Source: Candidatus Kapaibacterium sp. (GTDB lineage: Bacteria > Bacteroidota > Ignavibacteria > Kapaibacteriales > UBA2268). From it: a stretch of 64,000 nt of DNA. The DNA lies in contig OY762428.1 of assembly GCA_963665665.1 (NCBI GenBank), forward strand, positions 4,704,001 to 4,768,000, given 5' to 3'. A model generated the notes under the pieces. The model made no database searches. It was given only the letters and a program-made list of their open reading frames with translations, and had not been told where the DNA came from. Positions 58,599 through 64,000 of this stretch are shown in pieces. Position numbers and translations under genes: made by a program. Positions within the stretch are counted from its first letter, which is position 1. Every line of letters starts with the position of its first letter.

Positions 58599-61301
58599 TT
58601 GTTTGTCATGGATCACACTCATTTTGAAGTTTTACAAATATTAAATGAATTTGCTGAAAATGATATTCTTTTGCTTACATTTAATGATGAAATCATTTTC
58701 TCGAAAAGATCAGCCCTTAGTGATGAAAAGATCGAAAAAATTATTTCCACCGCCAAAATAAAATTATCACAACAAAATCTAAACGAACAAGATACAAAGC
58801 TTTCTCTTTTTTCACTTCAGCTGACTGCAAGCAGAATCGAGGCTGGAGGGGAGAAGTATCTTCTTATTTCAGGAAACAAAATAAATACTGGCGATACTTT
58901 TAAAAACAGGTTCGACGATTTTAATAAGCCGGTGTTTATATTCACAGAAGATAAGCCCGTCTATATAAATAAATCCGGAAAAAAATTTATTGAAAAATTT
59001 AATATTGATTTTGGAAATACTGATACTTTAAATTTCTTATATGATAATTTTCAAAAAGATGATGCTACAGGGTTTGATGCGTTTTTATCACTATCAGGTA
59101 ACTCCATTGTTGTTTCGGTTCCGGGTGATCAACACAATTTTTTTGAAATATTGTTAATCAAAGAAATTGGAAATGATATACTGATTTTTAATAATATAAC
59201 TACTGAAAAAAATAGATTAGTCGATTTGATTGAAACAGAAAAGAAATTTGAATATATATGTTCAAATTCCATACTTTCAATGTTCATCATGCAGGACGGA
59301 AAAATAAAATTCCTTAATGACAATAGCAATATTCTTGAAGACAGGGCTAAAGAAGAGCTTGAAAGCCGAAATAATTTTGACTTTTTAAAATATATTCATC
59401 CCGAAGACAGGCCATTTGTTAAAGATCAGATAAATAAAAAACTATCAGGCAACCCTGATGCCCGGGTAAGTTATATTTTCAGGATTGTTCTTGATAATGG
59501 TGAAATAAAACATATTAATATTAAATCGCGCTTTGGGATAATTGATGGAAAGGAAACCCTGGTTGGAACGCTGAACGATATAACCGATTTACGGGAAACA
59601 AACCTGGCCTTGCTTGAAAAAGAAAGGATTCTGCAATCAATTTCCTCGGCTCTGCCCGTAGGGATTGGCTGGGTAAAAAATAGAAAATTTGTCTGGTTCA
59701 ATAAAAAATTGAATGCTATGACTGGCTATTCCGACAGCGAGCTTGAGGGAAAATCCACGAGGAAGCTATATATTTCCGAAAATGATTTTTATGCTGCCGG
59801 AGATAGGATCACAAATGTGATTCATTCTGATGATATTGATGACCTTATTGTGAAGTGGAAAAGAAAAGACGGCCGATTAATTGATGTAAGATTGACTTTT
59901 GCTCTTATCGACCAGATGGATCCCAGCGCTGGAATGATTTTCTCCTCAACAGATATTACATCAGAACTTAAGGCAGAAAAAGAACTTCTGGAAAGTGAAA
60001 AGAAATACCGTCAGTTAATTGAAGATTCTTCGGATATTATTTACAGAACCGACAAAAATGGAAGACTTTCTTTTATTAATGCTGTCGGAGAAAAAAAATA
60101 TGGTTTTTCTTACGAGAATTTTATTGGGAAAAATCCTTTGGATTTTGTTAGAGAAGACTATCAAAAAAGAGCGGGAGTCTTTTATTTACGACAATATCTG
60201 CAAAAGGTAAGGCATACATATATTGAATTACCTATAATTGACGGAAACGGGCATGAAAGGTGGATAGGACAAAATGTTCAATTGTTGTTTGATGGGGATG
60301 TGTTCAAAGGTTTCCAGGCAATATCCAGGGAAATTACAAAGAGGAAAAAAGCAGAGAACGAATTGAAACTGCTGAACAGGGATCTTGAAAAACGGGTTGA
60401 GAACCGCACTGCTATGCTTGATGAAGCTCTTAAAGATGTTAGATATGAGAATGATAAGAGGAAGATTGCCCAGAATGAGTTGATGAAAACTCATATTGAG
60501 TTGAAAATCCAAAGAGAAAGAATTGCAGATGAAGCCATGAAACTTGTTACGTTAAATGATGAGTTGTCAAAATCAGAATTAAAGCTGAAAGAGGCAAATG
60601 TATCGAAAGATAAATTCTTATCAATAATTGCCCACGACTTGAAAAATCCGCTACAGGGACTATTACTGTCGGTTGAATTACTCGTTCTGCATAAAGATAA
60701 GTATGAAGTTGAACAAATGCATCAGAAGCATGAACAAATCCTGGAACAGATAAAGATTGTACTTGATTTTCTGAAAAACCTTCTGGAATGGGCCAGAGCT
60801 CAGAGCGGAAGAATTGAATACGATCCGGATATTTATGGAATGAAGGAAATATCAGAGGATTGCATGAATCTGATACAGAATTCGGCTGATAGGAAGAATA
60901 TTGAAATAATTAATAAAATTGATGAAGATGCAATAGCTTATATTGATAAGGATATGATAAACACATGCCTGAGAAATATTTTATCAAATGCAATTAAATT
61001 TACACCTGAAGGAGGCAGTATCGAACTGTTATCGGATGATGAGAATGAATTTGCAATAATTAGAATAAAGGACAACGGCGTGGGAATTAGCAGGGATAAT
61101 ATTGAAAAGCTTTTCAAGATAGACGAGCAGTATTCTACTCCAGGTACGAACAGCGAATCAGGTACCGGGCTTGGACTTTTGATCGTAAATGAATTTATCA
61201 ACAGAAATTCAGGCAGGATTGAAGTTGAAAGTAAGGTTGGATCTGGATCTGAATTCATACTATACCTGCCCAGAATAATTTTAAAGAAAGAAGGAAAGTA
61301 G
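58599..61301 (+). CDS. Multi-PAS sensor histidine kinase
   Basis: PAS/PAC repeats (IHPEDR, KRKDGR, DIT), SIIAHDLKNPL H-box, RNILSNAIKFT, DNGVG, GTGLGL. Confidence 0.92.
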   Translation: MFVMDHTHFEVLQILNEFAENDILLLTFNDEIIFSKRSALSDEKIEKIISTAKIKLSQQNLNEQDTKLSLFSLQLTASRIEAGGEKYLLISGNKINTGDTFKNRFDDFNKPVFIFTEDKPVYINKSGKKFIEKFNIDFGNTDTLNFLYDNFQKDDATGFDAFLSLSGNSIVVSVPGDQHNFFEILLIKEIGNDILIFNNITTEKNRLVDLIETEKKFEYICSNSILSMFIMQDGKIKFLNDNSNILEDRAKEELESRNNFDFLKYIHPEDRPFVKDQINKKLSGNPDARVSYIFRIVLDNGEIKHINIKSRFGIIDGKETLVGTLNDITDLRETNLALLEKERILQSISSALPVGIGWVKNRKFVWFNKKLNAMTGYSDSELEGKSTRKLYISENDFYAAGDRITNVIHSDDIDDLIVKWKRKDGRLIDVRLTFALIDQMDPSAGMIFSSTDITSELKAEKELLESEKKYRQLIEDSSDIIYRTDKNGRLSFINAVGEKKYGFSYENFIGKNPLDFVREDYQKRAGVFYLRQYLQKVRHTYIELPIIDGNGHERWIGQNVQLLFDGDVFKGFQAISREITKRKKAENELKLLNRDLEKRVENRTAMLDEALKDVRYENDKRKIAQNELMKTHIELKIQRERIADEAMKLVTLNDELSKSELKLKEANVSKDKFLSIIAHDLKNPLQGLLLSVELLVLHKDKYEVEQMHQKHEQILEQIKIVLDFLKNLLEWARAQSGRIEYDPDIYGMKEISEDCMNLIQNSADRKNIEIINKIDEDAIAYIDKDMINTCLRNILSNAIKFTPEGGSIELLSDDENEFAIIRIKDNGVGISRDNIEKLFKIDEQYSTPGTNSESGTGLGLLIVNEFINRNSGRIEVESKVGSGSEFILYLPRIILKKEGK

Positions 61302-61601
61302 TTAATATTCATGCCCTGATATTAGGGTACAAAAGATAATAACCAGGGAACTTTCAACAATTATTTCCAGTTTCAGTTTGTAGAAATATTGTTTTCTTTT
61401 CCATAATATAGTACAAACCGTGTCTGATCAGAATAATCCTTATCAGTTTTGCCAGGTATTATGTTTTTTTGTAAAAGTATTTATGGGCCAATACCTTAAG
61501 AAATATTGAATAGTTGTGGACAACTTCTGTTTTAAGAATTAATAACAATCTATTAATTTTGTAATTGGCGTTTAACGGATTTTTATAAATAAGTATGTTG
61601 T

Positions 61602-62318
61602 ATGTACAAAATTAGCCTGCCGAATTTCGAGGGACCTTTTGATCTTCTACTTTTCTTTATCAGAAAAGAGGAGTTGAATATATATGATATACCCATTTAT
61701 AAAATTACCCGGGAATTTCTTAATTATGTAAGGCTTATGCAGCTATTTGATCTTGAGCTTGCCGGAGAATTTCTTGTAATGGCGGCTACACTAATGCAAA
61801 TAAAAACTAAATTATTGCTGCCTAAGGATGAAAAGGATGGCGAGGAGATTGAAGATCCGCGTACACCGCTTATCGAGAGACTGCTGGAATACAAGCAATT
61901 CAAATTAGCGGGGGGAGAGCTTGCAGAAAAATTTGACGACCAGAAATATACTTATTATCGACAGATATTTGAACAGGACGAAAAAATTGCCGCAAACAGC
62001 GGAAATTTTATGAATGCCACTTTGTTCCACCTGATGCGGGCTTTCAAGGCTGTTATGGAACGCAGTAAGGAAGAACCACTTTCACACGTAGTGGAAATGA
62101 TACCTGTTACTGTCGAGGAAAAAACATTGCAGATTAAAAAACTTCTAAAGAGCAGGCCCAGGGTGAATTTCTTTCAGTTAACAACCGGAGAGCCCCGTAT
62201 AAATGTAATTGTTACATTTCTTGCTTTGCTTGAAATGATAAAAAACCGCCTCGTGTTTATCACACAGGATGAAAATTTTGAAGATATTGTTATTGCCCGG
62301 AGGCCGGACACAAATTAG
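61602..62318 (+). CDS. scpA: Segregation and condensation protein A
   Basis: FEGPFDLLL, AGEFLVMAATL, DPR..L..RLLEY, TFLALLEM. Confidence 0.93.
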   Translation: MYKISLPNFEGPFDLLLFFIRKEELNIYDIPIYKITREFLNYVRLMQLFDLELAGEFLVMAATLMQIKTKLLLPKDEKDGEEIEDPRTPLIERLLEYKQFKLAGGELAEKFDDQKYTYYRQIFEQDEKIAANSGNFMNATLFHLMRAFKAVMERSKEEPLSHVVEMIPVTVEEKTLQIKKLLKSRPRVNFFQLTTGEPRINVIVTFLALLEMIKNRLVFITQDENFEDIVIARRPDTN

Positions 62319-62326
62319 GATAAGAA

Positions 62327-63127
62327 ATGGATAATATTCATAAACCATATTTTTTTAAACTAAGCCGCGAGGAGCAAAAATCTGCCCTCGAAGCTTTAAT
62401 CTTTGCTTCTGATGATCCGGTTACAACCGGTATTATGAGGAAAATTCTTCTCGAGACTAAAATGGATTACACCAAATTTGCTGATGAACCTGATCCTGAA
62501 GATAAAAGAACTGGTATCGAGGATGAATTGCCTGAAAACTATTTCGAAGAACTAATTGATGAAATTAACGCTGACCTGACTGAATCCGGAAGGCCGTTTG
62601 AAATTGTGTATAATGCTTCCGGGTATCAATTTGCAACAAGGCAGGAATTTGGCGAAATAATTCATAACCTGATAAGGACAAGGGCAAAAAAAAGACTAAC
62701 TCAAGCTTCCTTAGAAGTACTGTCTATTGTATCGTACAGGCAGCCGGTAACCAAGCCTGAAATTGATCAGATAAGAGGAGTAAAATCATCAGAAGTACTG
62801 AATACCCTTGTTGATAAAAATCTCGTTAAAATTGTTGGCCGTAGCGATGCCCTCGGACGTCCGTTACTTTACGGTACTACAACTGAATTTTTAAGAACAT
62901 TTGGCCTTAACTCCCTCCAGGACCTGCCCAGGCTTCGCGAACTTGAAGAATTGATGGAAGATGATGAATTTAACAAACGCCGGGATCAGATAACTTTGCA
63001 TGTGGACGACGGCGACATGGAAAAACTTAGGGAAACTGTTAAGACTCAGAATATACTTGATACAGAGAAAATTGACGAAGAAATCCAAAAACTTGAAGAA
63101 AACGGCAGCGACATCGAAGAAAATTAA
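62327..63127 (+). CDS. scpB: SMC-Scp complex subunit ScpB
   Basis: LEALIFAS, LTQASLEVLSIVSYRQPVT, IRGV, GRPLLYGTT.EFLRTFGL..L.DLP. Confidence 0.94.
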   Translation: MDNIHKPYFFKLSREEQKSALEALIFASDDPVTTGIMRKILLETKMDYTKFADEPDPEDKRTGIEDELPENYFEELIDEINADLTESGRPFEIVYNASGYQFATRQEFGEIIHNLIRTRAKKRLTQASLEVLSIVSYRQPVTKPEIDQIRGVKSSEVLNTLVDKNLVKIVGRSDALGRPLLYGTTTEFLRTFGLNSLQDLPRLRELEELMEDDEFNKRRDQITLHVDDGDMEKLRETVKTQNILDTEKIDEEIQKLEENGSDIEEN

Positions 63128-63202
63128 TTATTTGAATTTGAAATTAGTATCATTCTTAATTATTAATATTCAGTCTGAAAACTGAATACTTGATACCGTT
63201 AC

Positions 63203-64000
63203 TTACTCATCCTGGTATCCTGCCGGGAGTCCCGGCGAGACCATTACCACTTCCTCACGTGCAATAACTACCGATCCGGTGTTTGCTCCCTTGGGCTTTC
63301 GAACGTATTTCTTAAATGTATAAGCAACGGGAGTATACTTGGCTTTCCTTGCCTGTGAGTAATACGCTGCTACAGCTGCTGCTTTTTTAATGATTTGTTT
63401 GTTGGGTTTCTGCCCTTTGTCAATCCTGATTACAGCATGAGAACCACCGCTGCCTCTGGCATGAAGCCATATATCATTCGGTTTTGCAAAGCGCATAGTC
63501 AACTCGTCGTTGTTGGCTGCATTTTTTCCAACGTAAAGCATAAAACCGTCGCCAAGGTCAAATTGTCTGAATTTATCTTCCATTGTCATATTCTTTTTTA
63601 AGTTTTTAATACCAAGTAAATCCTTATTTCTAAGCTCAAATTTCTCAAGAGCTTTAACCGTTTCCAGTTTTTCAAGTTCTGTCTTTGCTTTTACAAATGC
63701 ATCAAATCTTGCCTTGATTTCCGGAATTCTTTTCTTCCTGACATTTAGTTCCTCCTTAGTCGATCTTGCCTTATCATAATATCTGCTGCTGTTCTCTATC
63801 AGGTTCTTTTTTTCATCAAGTGGAACTGAAATATCTGTACCGTCATAGTTAGTAAGAGTTATTTCCTTTCCGGGACGCTGGCGTGGATTAGGAACGGCTG
63901 CCAGTAATTCCGCATAAAGCCTGTATTTAATCTCTCTTTCCCTTGCCGGAGCTTCATCTTGCATTAGTTCCAGGTTTTTCCTGTTTTTGTTTACCCCACG
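63203..64000 (-). CDS. NFACT/RqcH (FbpA, DUF814) family protein, 5' end outside the window
   Basis: VGKNAANNDELT, DIWLHAR...GSH, AAAVAAYYS, KYVRKPKG. Confidence 0.88.
   Translation of the reverse strand, partial: RGVNKNRKNLELMQDEAPAREREIKYRLYAELLAAVPNPRQRPGKEITLTNYDGTDISVPLDEKKNLIENSSRYYDKARSTKEELNVRKKRIPEIKARFDAFVKAKTELEKLETVKALEKFELRNKDLLGIKNLKKNMTMEDKFRQFDLGDGFMLYVGKNAANNDELTMRFAKPNDIWLHARGSGGSHAVIRIDKGQKPNKQIIKKAAAVAAYYSQARKAKYTPVAYTFKKYVRKPKGANTGSVVIAREEVVMVSPGLPAGYQDE

Noticed and set aside
61514-61523. DnaA-box-like TGTGGACAA upstream of scpA as a sign of oriC
   Set aside because: Single imperfect box, with no cluster and no dnaA-region genes.

Overview
AT-rich bacterial chromosomal window, most consistent with an FCB-group organism outside Bacteroidia (Ignavibacteria/Kapabacteria-like). 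This is an inference from T9SS C-terminal-domain proteins plus a PorV-family gene, a MoxR/DUF58/BatA cluster, ScpA/ScpB, HydF and GGAG ribosome-binding sites. The backbone is housekeeping: rlmD, tsaE, ruvB, xerD, pyrC, hydF, ispE, ltaE, aspS, scpAB and an NFACT gene. Accessory material includes: (i) two inverted copies (about 31.57-32.35 kb and 50.68-51.50 kb) of an unexplained element made of a conserved ~250-bp flank and an in-register bipartite 21-bp tandem array with equal unit numbers on either side of a central 21-bp linker (12+1+12 and 13+1+13); (ii) two orphan RHS toxin-tip/immunity cassette clusters (12-14.8 kb and 45.3-50.6 kb), each with an RHS-core fragment starting right after a DUF1016 or KilA-N gene that carries an internal palindrome, and a conserved ~90-200-bp hairpin-containing repeat after each immunity gene of the second cluster; (iii) a REP-flanked SMI1/KNR4 gene; (iv) a complete IS3-family element with a CTA target duplication. 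Several intact ORFs look like pseudoenzymes (Xer-like recombinase, histidine kinase, CDF transporter). No rRNA, tRNA or CRISPR array was recognised. All calls were made by eye, without database searches.
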